Source: a bacterium
Lineage (GTDB): Bacteria; JADJOY01
Assembly: GCA_046331705.1 (NCBI GenBank)
Contig: JAXLQJ010000026.1
Span: forward strand, 62,001-100,883
Reading direction: 5' to 3'
DNA length: 38,883 nucleotides
In this document: in pieces, positions 8,698 to 16,769 of the stretch
How the letters are laid out: every line of letters starts with the position of its first letter
How positions within the stretch are numbered: position 1 is the first letter of the stretch
Notes under the pieces: model-generated
What the model was told of the DNA's origin: nothing
What the model saw: the letters and a program-made list of their open reading frames with translations, nothing else
Database searches by the model: none
Program-made: the position numbers and the translations under genes

Positions 8698-10062
8698 TCA
8701 GACGAGCTCCAGATAGCGATCCAGCTCCCAGCTCGTCACGGCCGCCTGGTACTGGCGCACTTCCCAGCGCCTCGTCGCGACGTAGTGGTCGACGAACGCA
8801 TCGCCGAACCAGTCGCGCGCAACTCCGTTCTGCTCGAAGCGATCGGTGGCCTCGGCGAGCGAGCGCGGCAGGTTCTCGTACTTGCCGGCCTTGTCCTCGT
8901 ACGCGTTGCCCTTGCACAGATCCGGCAGCTTGAGGCCCTTCTCGATGCCGTGCGCACCGGCAGCGAGGCACGCGGCGAACGCCAGGAACGGGTTGGTGTC
9001 CGCGCCCGCGAGCCGCATCTCGATGCGCGTGGCCTTCGAGCCGGGCCCGGTGATGACGCGAGTCGCCGTGGTGCGGTTCTCGAGCCCCCAGGTGGCCTTG
9101 GTGGGCGCCCAGGTGTTCTCGACCAGCCGCTTGTAGGAGTTGATGGTCGGGCAATAGAGCAACGTGAACTCGGGCAGCATGCGCACCAGCCCAGCCACGT
9201 AGTGACGGAAGAGCTTGCTCATGCCGAGCCCGTCGGCGCCCTTGGCGAACAAGTTCTCGGTCCGCGCCGCGTTCCACAGGCTCTGGTGGATGTGACCGCC
9301 GCAGCCGGGGAGGTTCTTGTTCACCTTCGCCATGAACGTGGCGAGAATTCCGCGGCGCGCCGCGATCTCCTTGACGCCGGTCTTGAAGAGCGCCGCGCGC
9401 ACCGCCGACTTGATGGCGTGGTCGTAGGCGATGGCGGTCTCGTAAACGCCAGGGCCGGTCTCGGTGTGCATCCCCTCGATCGGCACGTCGTAGGCATTCA
9501 TCGATTCGATGATGGTCGTGACCAGGTCGCTGTAGGTGCTGGCGCGCAGCACGCTGTATCCGAACATCCCCGGCGAGAGCGGCTCCAGATCCACCCAGTT
9601 CTTCTTGCGCGCCGAGGCGGCGGTCTCGTTGAAGAAGAAATACTCGTACTCGGCGGACATGAGCGGGCAATAGCCCATGTCCTCGACCCGCTTCACCACC
9701 CGCTTCAACACCTGCAAGGGCGAGATCGCGAGCGGCTTGCCCGCCTTGTCGTAGAAGTCGAGCAGGAAGAACGCGGTGGCGTCCTCCCACGGCACGACCC
9801 GGTACGAGTCGAGCTCGATCTTCGCCAGCGTGTCCGGGTAGCCGGTGTGCCAGCCCGTGAACTCGACGTTGTCGTAGAGCACGTCGCTCGAGTCCCAGCC
9901 GAAGATCACGTCGCAGAAGCCGAGCCCCTTCTCGAGCGCCGACTGGAACTTGGAGGCGCTGATGTACTTGCCGCGCAGCACTCCGTCGACGTCGAAACCA
10001 CCCACCTTGATGCGCTTGATGCCGCGATCCTCCAGGTCCTGGGCGACTTGATTGGCTTCCAT
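8698..10062 (-). CDS. Glutamine synthetase-like gamma-glutamyl-amide ligase (PuuA/GlnA4-like)
   Basis: DVDGVLRGK, EYEY, HTETGPGVYE, TFMAK, GGHIHQS, NSYKRL, NTWAP, ENRT, RIEMR. True start is ATG 10062 with a GAGG RBS. Confidence 0.93.
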   Translation of the reverse strand: MEANQVAQDLEDRGIKRIKVGGFDVDGVLRGKYISASKFQSALEKGLGFCDVIFGWDSSDVLYDNVEFTGWHTGYPDTLAKIELDSYRVVPWEDATAFFLLDFYDKAGKPLAISPLQVLKRVVKRVEDMGYCPLMSAEYEYFFFNETAASARKKNWVDLEPLSPGMFGYSVLRASTYSDLVTTIIESMNAYDVPIEGMHTETGPGVYETAIAYDHAIKSAVRAALFKTGVKEIAARRGILATFMAKVNKNLPGCGGHIHQSLWNAARTENLFAKGADGLGMSKLFRHYVAGLVRMLPEFTLLYCPTINSYKRLVENTWAPTKATWGLENRTTATRVITGPGSKATRIEMRLAGADTNPFLAFAACLAAGAHGIEKGLKLPDLCKGNAYEDKAGKYENLPRSLAEATDRFEQNGVARDWFGDAFVDHYVATRRWEVRQYQAAVTSWELDRYLELV

Positions 10063-10106
10063 CGGGTCCTCTTCGCGTTCGGGTGGAGGTGTGCGGTCGA
10101 CGCCGC

Positions 10107-11516
10107 TCAGGCTGGCTTCGGCGCTGGCAAACGGAAGTGAATGGACTTGGGACGCGTGAACGCGACGATGCCGATGGCCGACAACGTCGAGCCCTTGCCG
10201 CTGTCCTTGTAGCCCGTCCACGGCAGCTCGGGATCGAGGTAGTCGCAGCGATTCAAGAAGAGCGTGCCGGCCTGGACGCGCGCCGCGAGCTCGAGCGAAC
10301 GATCGACGTCGCGCGACCAGATGCTCGCGGTGAGCCCGTAGGCGTTGTCGTTCATGCGGCGCACCGCCTCGTCGTCGTCGCGCACCGCGCTGATGCCGAT
10401 CACCGGCCCGAACGACTCCTCCGCCATGATCTCCATGCGATCGGTCGCGTCGGCGACCACCGTGGCCTCGAAGAAGCGGCCCTTGCCGCCGACGGTCGCG
10501 GGCTTGCCGCCCAGCAACAGCTTCCCGCCCTTCGCGACCGCTTCCTCGACCTGCTGGACGAGCGTCTTGGCGGCCGATGCCTGCGCCATGGCGCCCAGCG
10601 TCGTGCCGTCGGCCATGGGGTCGCCGGGAACGTAGGTGGCCTTGGTGTTCGCGACGAAGGCGTCCACGAAATCGCGATAGCGGCTCTCGTGGACGTAGAT
10701 CCGTTCGATGGCGCAGCACGATTGGCCGGTGTTGTAGAACGAACCCTCGGCCAGGTTCGGCACCGCGAAGTCGAGATCCGCGTCGGCGCGGACGTACGCG
10801 GGATCCTTGCCGCCGAGCTCGAGCCCGCAATCGATGAAGCGCTGCCCAGCGACGGTCTTGTAGATCTCGCGACCGCCCGCGACGCTCCCCGTGAAGCCGA
10901 CGTAGCCGATCTCGGGCTGCCCGATGAGCGACGCCGTGACCGCGTGATCGGCGTCGAGGGCCCGCACCAGATCCTCGGGGGCGCCCGCCTCGCGGAAACC
11001 GCGCTCGAAGTGCATGCCGCAGAGCGGCGTGCGCCGCGAGTGCTTCACGATCACGGCGTTGCCCGCGAGCAACGCGGGCACGATCACGTTCACCGCCGTG
11101 AGCAGCGGGTAGTTCCACGCGGGGATGTCGAGGACGACGCCCACGGGCTCGCGCACGATGCGGCGCAAGAAGCCGTCCTTGGGAGGCAGCTCTTGAGGCG
11201 CGAGCGCCGCCGCGGCGAGGGCCGCGCTCTTGCGCGCGCGATCGACCATCGTGCGCACCTCGCCGCGCGCCTCCTGGATGGGCTTGCCCATCTGCCCGGT
11301 GATGTCGCGGGCGATCTCCTCGAGGCGCGCCTGGATCGCCGTGGCGAAGCGCTCCACGAGCGCCACGCGCTCCTCGATCGTCACCCGCTCCCAGTGGCGC
11401 TGTGCGGCGGCGGCCGCGCGCAACACGGTGCGCGCCTCCTCGGCGCTGGCGAGTGTCCGGGTGCAGTAGGTGTCGCCGGTGGCGGGGTTGTCGACGGCGT
11501 AGCTTCGGTCGCTCAC
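10107..11516 (-). CDS. Aldehyde dehydrogenase
   Basis: DNPATG, PAWNYP, FTGSVAGG, LELGGKDP, NTGQSCCA, EESFGP. GTG start at 11516 with a GAGG RBS. Confidence 0.95.
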   Translation of the reverse strand: MSDRSYAVDNPATGDTYCTRTLASAEEARTVLRAAAAAQRHWERVTIEERVALVERFATAIQARLEEIARDITGQMGKPIQEARGEVRTMVDRARKSAALAAAALAPQELPPKDGFLRRIVREPVGVVLDIPAWNYPLLTAVNVIVPALLAGNAVIVKHSRRTPLCGMHFERGFREAGAPEDLVRALDADHAVTASLIGQPEIGYVGFTGSVAGGREIYKTVAGQRFIDCGLELGGKDPAYVRADADLDFAVPNLAEGSFYNTGQSCCAIERIYVHESRYRDFVDAFVANTKATYVPGDPMADGTTLGAMAQASAAKTLVQQVEEAVAKGGKLLLGGKPATVGGKGRFFEATVVADATDRMEIMAEESFGPVIGISAVRDDDEAVRRMNDNAYGLTASIWSRDVDRSLELAARVQAGTLFLNRCDYLDPELPWTGYKDSGKGSTLSAIGIVAFTRPKSIHFRLPAPKPA

Positions 11517-11575
11517 GCGCGGGCCTCGTGGGGACGGGTTCGCAGGATGTTCCGTCCGCAAATCACTGGCCCGAT

Positions 11576-12992
11576 TTAGCCCAGCGGTCCTTCCACGGTC
11601 CAGTCGGCGCTCCCGGACGGCGACCCGAACACCGCGCGGACGCGGCGCGAGCGTAGGAAGTAGGCACCCCAGATCACCGCCCACGCCATCGCGGGTGCGC
11701 TCATGACGAGGCTCGCGGGCCAGAGTGCTGCGTCGATGACCGCGGCCAGGGATCCGAAGAAGAGCTCGAATCCCAGGATCCAGCGCAGCTTGCGGATCAC
11801 CGCCCACTCGCGGCGCGCCGGCAACGAGCCGCGGATGGCGACGAGGGCCTCCGCGACCGCGAGCGCCACGGGGGGGGATCTCCGCGACCAGGAACGCGAG
11901 GTAGACGTGGTTCTCGCCGTGCCACGAGCTGGGCGCGAGCTCCCGCAGATTCGCGGCGACACCGACCGTGAGCGCGGTGAGCGCTCGCACGGCCGCTTCC
12001 CACAGATAGACGAAGAGCCACCCGCCGACCGGGCGACGGCGCAAGAACCAACCCAACGCGAAGGGAGCGAGGATGGAGACGGCGGTGAGCCACTCGGGGA
12101 GCAAGGAGGAAGCCTCGTCGGCGTCACGGCGCCGATGCCGGCTCGCCCGATCGGGAGCGCGGCTTGGGCGCGACGGCGCGGCGGTTCCTTGTAGCCGAAA
12201 CGAGGGCGCGCTCGAAAGCGGGTATTCGTAGACCCGCGCTCCCACGCGCAAGCGCTGGACGTACATGAGCTCGCAAGCGCCGTCGCCGGTGTCGTCGCGG
12301 GTCAGGCTCGAGGTCCAATCGCCGCCGCCGGCGCGCTCGGCGCGCACCAGGAAGCCCTCGGCCTCGAGCACGTCGCCCTCGCGCAACGCGGCGATCGCGC
12401 GGCGCACGTTGTCGGAGGCGGGGATCCAGTGGTTGTTGGCGGCGTGCGTGGCGAGATAGCCGGCGTCCACGGGCAATCGGCCCCCGTACACGTAATGCAG
12501 CCAACGACCCGATTGCTGGAAGTGGACGTGGTCGAGCACCTCGGGAGTCGCCGCCTTCCCCCACGCCAGGCCCACGTCCCACGGCACCAGGGCACCCTGC
12601 CAGCCGAAGCGATAGCGCGACGTCCCCAGCACCCGCGCCGCGATGCGGTACCGCGCGAGCGGATGGATCGTGATGCGCTCGTCCTCGTGCTTCCATTCGA
12701 TCGGCGCGACGCCATCCGCCGGCTCCTGCAGCGGCTCGCTCTGGGTGTCGATGGGTCGCCGGTCGATGCGGCGCGGAACCGGTCGCGTCGCCCACCAACG
12801 CAGCGCGATCACGGAGGCGATCACCACCAGCACGGTGCCCCGCACCAGCCAGACGGAGGCGTCCGCGCTCCGTCGGCGCGGCGCGCTCGCGCCGGCGGCG
12901 AGACGATGACGAGCGTAGAGCGCCTGACGCGTCGCCCGATCGCGCTCGTCGAGCTCGAGCGACGGCGCTTCGCCCGGCTCGCGCTCGCTCAC
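11576..12992 (-). pseudogene. Membrane protein (conserved OB-fold-like extracellular domain plus DUF2569-like membrane domain) interrupted by a +1 frameshift in a C8 run
   Basis: The first frame reads ...ANNHWIPA...WTSSLTRDDTGDGACE...VGGWLFVY...AEIPP. After the G8 at 11870-11877 (plus strand), the hydrophobic continuation VALAVAEAL...AVIWGAYFLRSRRVRAVF lies in another frame ending at 11576. Confidence 0.75.
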
Positions 12993-12999
12993 GACGCGA

Positions 13000-13227
13000 T
13001 CACTTGCCCGAGGAGCCCGGGCTCAACACTTGGCGCACCGCGGGCAGCAACGAGCCTGGACCTGCGCCCGACGAGAACACGTACACGTAGAGCGCCGCCG
13101 CGAGGACCAGAAACAGCACCAAGCGCAGGATCTTGTACGCGGTCTTGAAGGCGAGCCTGAGCAGGAACGTCAGGGTGAACGCGGTCACCAGCGAAAGCGC
13201 GATCGCCAGGATGTCCTTGCCTTCCAT
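13000..13227 (-). CDS. Small membrane protein (2 TM)
   Basis: 75 aa with two hydrophobic helices, tightly packed between ltaE (6-bp gap) and the next gene (7-bp gap). Confidence 0.8.
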   Translation of the reverse strand: MEGKDILAIALSLVTAFTLTFLLRLAFKTAYKILRLVLFLVLAAALYVYVFSSGAGPGSLLPAVRQVLSPGSSGK

Positions 13228-13233
13228 GCCGGC

Positions 13234-14289
13234 TCACCCCGCCCGCGCGCAGCGCACGTCCGCCAGAAAGGCATCGACGTCGACGGCCCGGGTGTCGAAG
13301 CTCGTCATCAACCGCACCAGATGCCACGACGGCTCGCCGAAACCGTAGAACTCGTGGCCGCGCTCCCGCAGCCGCGCGATCACCGGCTCGGGTAGCGGGC
13401 CGAACACCCCGTTGCTCTCGACCGGGAACATGGGGGCGTGGCCGAGCGCGACGAGCCCGTCGGCGAGGCGGCGCGCCATCGCGTTGGCGTGGGCCGCGTG
13501 ACGCAACCACGCGCCGTCGGCGAGCACGGCCTCGAACGGCGCGCTCACGAAGCGGTGCTTGCTCAGGAGATGACCGCTCGCCTTGCGATGGTACGGAAAG
13601 TCGCGGACCGCGTCGCGAAACGCGTGGCCCTCGCCCTGCGGGAAGAAGAGCACGGCCTCGCCGAACGCGAGCCCGTTCTTGGTGCCGCCGAAGCTCAGCG
13701 CGTCCACGCCAGCGGCGACCGTGAGCTCCCGCGGATCGACGCCGAGATGGGCGACCGCGTTCGCGAACCGCGCGCCGTCCACGTGCACGCGATAGCCCAG
13801 CTCGCGGGCCGCCGCGCAGAGCGCCGCCGTCTCCTCGGGCGTGTAGACCAGCCCGAGCTCGGTGGGATTCGAGAGCGTCAACACGCCCGGCTGCGGCTCG
13901 TGGACGTCGCCCCTGCCGGTGTCGGCGGCGCGGCGCACGTCCGCGGGCGTGAGCTTGGGGCCGGTGGCGGGGATCGCGTGGGTGCGGCAGCCGGTGATGC
14001 GCTCGGGGGCCGTCGACTCGTCGCGGCACCAGTGGGCGTGCTCGTGACAGAGCACGCGCTGGTACGAGCGCGTGAGGCTGGCGATCGCGAGCGTGTTCGC
14101 CGCCGTACCCGTGGCCACGAAGAAGACCGCGCACGAGCCGCCGAAGAGCGCGCGAAAAGCCGCGGCGGTCGCGGCCGTGTCGGCGTCGTCGCCATAGCCG
14201 ATCGCGTGGTCCGCGCGTCCCACCCGAACCATCGCGTCGAGCGCCTCGGGCACCAATCCCGCGTTGTTGTCGGAACGAAAGGTCGGCAC
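13234..14289 (-). CDS. ltaE: Low-specificity L-threonine aldolase (PLP-dependent)
   Basis: FRSDN, YGDD, ATGTAAN, HVDGARFANA, SFGGTKNG (PLP Lys), LSKHRF, VRLMTSF. Confidence 0.9.
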   Translation of the reverse strand: MPTFRSDNNAGLVPEALDAMVRVGRADHAIGYGDDADTAATAAAFRALFGGSCAVFFVATGTAANTLAIASLTRSYQRVLCHEHAHWCRDESTAPERITGCRTHAIPATGPKLTPADVRRAADTGRGDVHEPQPGVLTLSNPTELGLVYTPEETAALCAAARELGYRVHVDGARFANAVAHLGVDPRELTVAAGVDALSFGGTKNGLAFGEAVLFFPQGEGHAFRDAVRDFPYHRKASGHLLSKHRFVSAPFEAVLADGAWLRHAAHANAMARRLADGLVALGHAPMFPVESNGVFGPLPEPVIARLRERGHEFYGFGEPSWHLVRLMTSFDTRAVDVDAFLADVRCARAG

Positions 14290-14310
14290 GGCGACTAGAA
14301 TACCGATCGC
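14290..14310. promoter_or_regulatory. Candidate bidirectional promoter with overlapping -10 hexamers
   Basis: TAGAAT (+, 14296-14301) and TATTCT (-, 14302-14297) lie within the 21-bp gap between the divergent start codons. Confidence 0.5.
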
Positions 14311-16602
14311 ATGCCTGGACGTTTAGCGGCACCCCCGAAGGCGCGACCGCGCAACCGCCGGGGCTGGCTAGCCCTCGCGGCCGTCGCGATGCTGGTGGCG
14401 TGCTCGGGCTCGACCACGTCGAGACGAAATACGGCGATCGAGATCGACGCCGCCACGGGCCGCATTTCCCTCACGCTCGCGAGCCCCATGGGCGGCGCGC
14501 CGGTGGAAGTCGAAGGGCTCGTTCCGCGCCTGCGCGCGAACGGGCGCTGGGTGTCGCCCGGCGACTACCCGTCGCATTCGACGCGCAGCGCGAGCGCGGC
14601 GGCGGACGCCTCGTCGGCCGCGATCACGCTGCGCCTCGAGGGCGCGAGCTCACTGCCCGATCTCGAGGTCTCGCTTCGCGTCGACGACGAAGCGGATGCG
14701 GTGCTCGCTCGTCTGACCGCTCGCAACGCGACTTCCCGCGTCGCGTCGATCGAGGGCTTCGAGCTCGGAGTTCGGCCCGGCGAGGGCGGCTGGGCACGGC
14801 TCGGCGACGACGCCACGGCCTCCACCCAGTGGATCCAGGGACAGAACTCGTGGAGCTTCGTCGGCACCGTGCGCGTGACGCCCGGGCCCACCGGCGCGGA
14901 TGCGGCGGGCCGCATCGTTCCCGACGAGGAGCTCTTCCAGATCGGCAACAACACGCTCACGGATGGCCAGGCGATCGAGCTCTTGTTGCGCGGACGCGAC
15001 GCCATCCCGCTCTCCTGGTGGAACACGGTCCTCCAAGCGCCGACCGGGGAAGGCGCGCTGCTCGCCGGCGCAGTCACGGCCGAGCGCTTCAAGACCGCGG
15101 TGCTCGCCGGCCACGACCCGACGATCGCGGCGACGCTCCCCGCGACGGCGCGGCACGCGTTCACCGCGTTGCGCATCGTGTCGGGCGTCACCGGTGACCA
15201 CGTCCCGCTCGACGTCGGCGCGGAGATCTCGTCCGAGGAGCTCGTGCTCGCGGCGCGCGAGACCGGCCTCGAGGCGCTGGCCACACATGCAGCGTTGGCC
15301 GGCGCGCGCGCGACCGTGCTGCCGCGCTCGACCACGGCGCCCGTCCCCCGCCTCGGCTGGTCGTCCTGGTCGGATTTCTTCACGTCCATCAGCGAGGAGT
15401 CGTTCGTCGCGCAAGCGCGCTTCGTCGCGGAGCGTTTGGCGCCGCTCGGCTACCAGGTGGTCCAGCTCGACGATGGCTACCAGGAAGGCTGGGGCGATTG
15501 GCGGATGAACGCGAAGTTCCCGTCGGGTCATTCGGGGGTGGCGGCACGGATTCGCGAGCTCGGGCTGGTGCCGGGGATCTGGATCGCGCCGTTCCTGGTC
15601 GACGACGACTTGCCGCTCGTGAGCGAGCACCCCGACTGGTTCGTGACCCACGCGGACGGCGCACCGGTGATCTACAGCTCGCCGTTCTTCGGCTATTCGC
15701 GGCGCGTGATCGACGTGACGAACCCGGGGGCTGCCGATTTCGTGCGCTCCAACCTGGCGCGCATCCGCGACGCGGGGTTCGGCCTGGTGAAGGCGGATTT
15801 CCTGTTCGGCGCCTCGTTCGAGGGGCGCCACTTCGACGAGCGCGTCACGGGGCTCGAGGCGTATCGGCGCGGTCTCGCGCTGCTTCGCGACACGCTCGGA
15901 CCGGACGTCACGATCATCGGGATCGCGGGGCCGTGGCTCGCGACCGCAGGAGCCGTCGACTACTACCGGCAGAGCAACGACGTGGAGCTGTCGGGGCTCG
16001 GCCCCCAGTGGCCGTTCTTCGAATCGGCGGCGCTCGGCACGGCGGCCCGAGCCCACGTACACGACGTGTTCTTCCGCGCCGACCCCGACCACGTCATCGT
16101 CGAGCCGCCGCTTTCGCTCGACGAAGCGCGCGCCGTCGCCACGTACGTGGCGCTCTCGGGGGGACTCTGGTTCGCGGGAGACGATCTGGCGAGACTCCCC
16201 GCCGAGCGGCTCGCGCTGCTCACGCGGGCCGAGATCCTGGACATCGTCGCCGAGGGGAGAGCAGCGACCCCGCTGGATTTGCTGGACTCGGCGGCGACGA
16301 GAGCGTACGTCGCCCCCCTCGCGCCCTATCTCGCGCGGTTGCTGGGCGTCGCGAGCTTGAGCGAGATCGCGACGCCGTCGATCTGGCGGCTCGAGCGCCG
16401 CGACGGCTCGACGGTGCTGGCGATCTTCAACTGGAGCGACGACCGCGCCTCACGCACGCTCAGCCGCACCCAACTCGGCCTGGACGACCGATCGTACGCC
16501 GCGCGCGACCTCTGGCTCGGCGCCGAAGCGACGCTGACCGACGCACTCGTTCTCGACCAGCCGCGACACAGCGTCACGCTGCTGGCGCTCGAGCCGAGCT
16601 GA
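14311..16602 (+). CDS. GH36-like alpha-galactosidase, probable lipoprotein
   Basis: Lipobox-like LAAVAMLVAC, GWSSW, QLDDGYQ, KFPSG, GIWIAPF, VKADF (nucleophile), RQSND (acid/base), C-terminal AIFNW...DLW beta domain. Confidence 0.85.
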   Translation: MPGRLAAPPKARPRNRRGWLALAAVAMLVACSGSTTSRRNTAIEIDAATGRISLTLASPMGGAPVEVEGLVPRLRANGRWVSPGDYPSHSTRSASAAADASSAAITLRLEGASSLPDLEVSLRVDDEADAVLARLTARNATSRVASIEGFELGVRPGEGGWARLGDDATASTQWIQGQNSWSFVGTVRVTPGPTGADAAGRIVPDEELFQIGNNTLTDGQAIELLLRGRDAIPLSWWNTVLQAPTGEGALLAGAVTAERFKTAVLAGHDPTIAATLPATARHAFTALRIVSGVTGDHVPLDVGAEISSEELVLAARETGLEALATHAALAGARATVLPRSTTAPVPRLGWSSWSDFFTSISEESFVAQARFVAERLAPLGYQVVQLDDGYQEGWGDWRMNAKFPSGHSGVAARIRELGLVPGIWIAPFLVDDDLPLVSEHPDWFVTHADGAPVIYSSPFFGYSRRVIDVTNPGAADFVRSNLARIRDAGFGLVKADFLFGASFEGRHFDERVTGLEAYRRGLALLRDTLGPDVTIIGIAGPWLATAGAVDYYRQSNDVELSGLGPQWPFFESAALGTAARAHVHDVFFRADPDHVIVEPPLSLDEARAVATYVALSGGLWFAGDDLARLPAERLALLTRAEILDIVAEGRAATPLDLLDSAATRAYVAPLAPYLARLLGVASLSEIATPSIWRLERRDGSTVLAIFNWSDDRASRTLSRTQLGLDDRSYAARDLWLGAEATLTDALVLDQPRHSVTLLALEPS

Positions 16603-16769
16603 TCCGCAACGGCCCTCTTCGGGGTGAGCACGCGCTCACCGCGACGCGAATCGAGCCGTTGCGCATCGCGCCATCCATCCGGCACAATCGACGGATAAGG
16701 CACCATCGAGCACGTAAACCAAGTCCCCGCATCTCCACGACGGAGCGGCGGGGAGAGGAAAGGGGTCCC

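Noticed and set aside
8698-10062. Calling this gene glnA
   Set aside because: It lacks the GYEAP flap glutamate and sits in a catabolic operon, so a gamma-glutamyl ligase is more likely.
7279-10140. 953-aa plus-strand ORF and similar long antisense ORFs (1591-3345, 16326-18467, 18535-20388, 22244-24148, 27984-29888, 30305-32482, 35039-37456)
   Set aside because: These are shadow frames of well-supported genes, expected at high GC, and carry no family motifs.
8698-11118. N-terminally extended ORFs for the GS-like ligase (806 aa), protease (901 aa), GT2 (769 aa), SDR (474 aa) and DUF3365 protein (891 aa)
   Set aside because: The extensions are Arg/Ala/Pro-rich off-frame reads through upstream genes. 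Internal starts with an RBS or stop-start overlap fit better.
10107-12992. 961-aa membrane protein-ALDH fusion in the ORF track
   Set aside because: It arises from the G8 frameshift. The linker is low-complexity off-frame text, and the ALDH has its own RBS and GTG at 11516.
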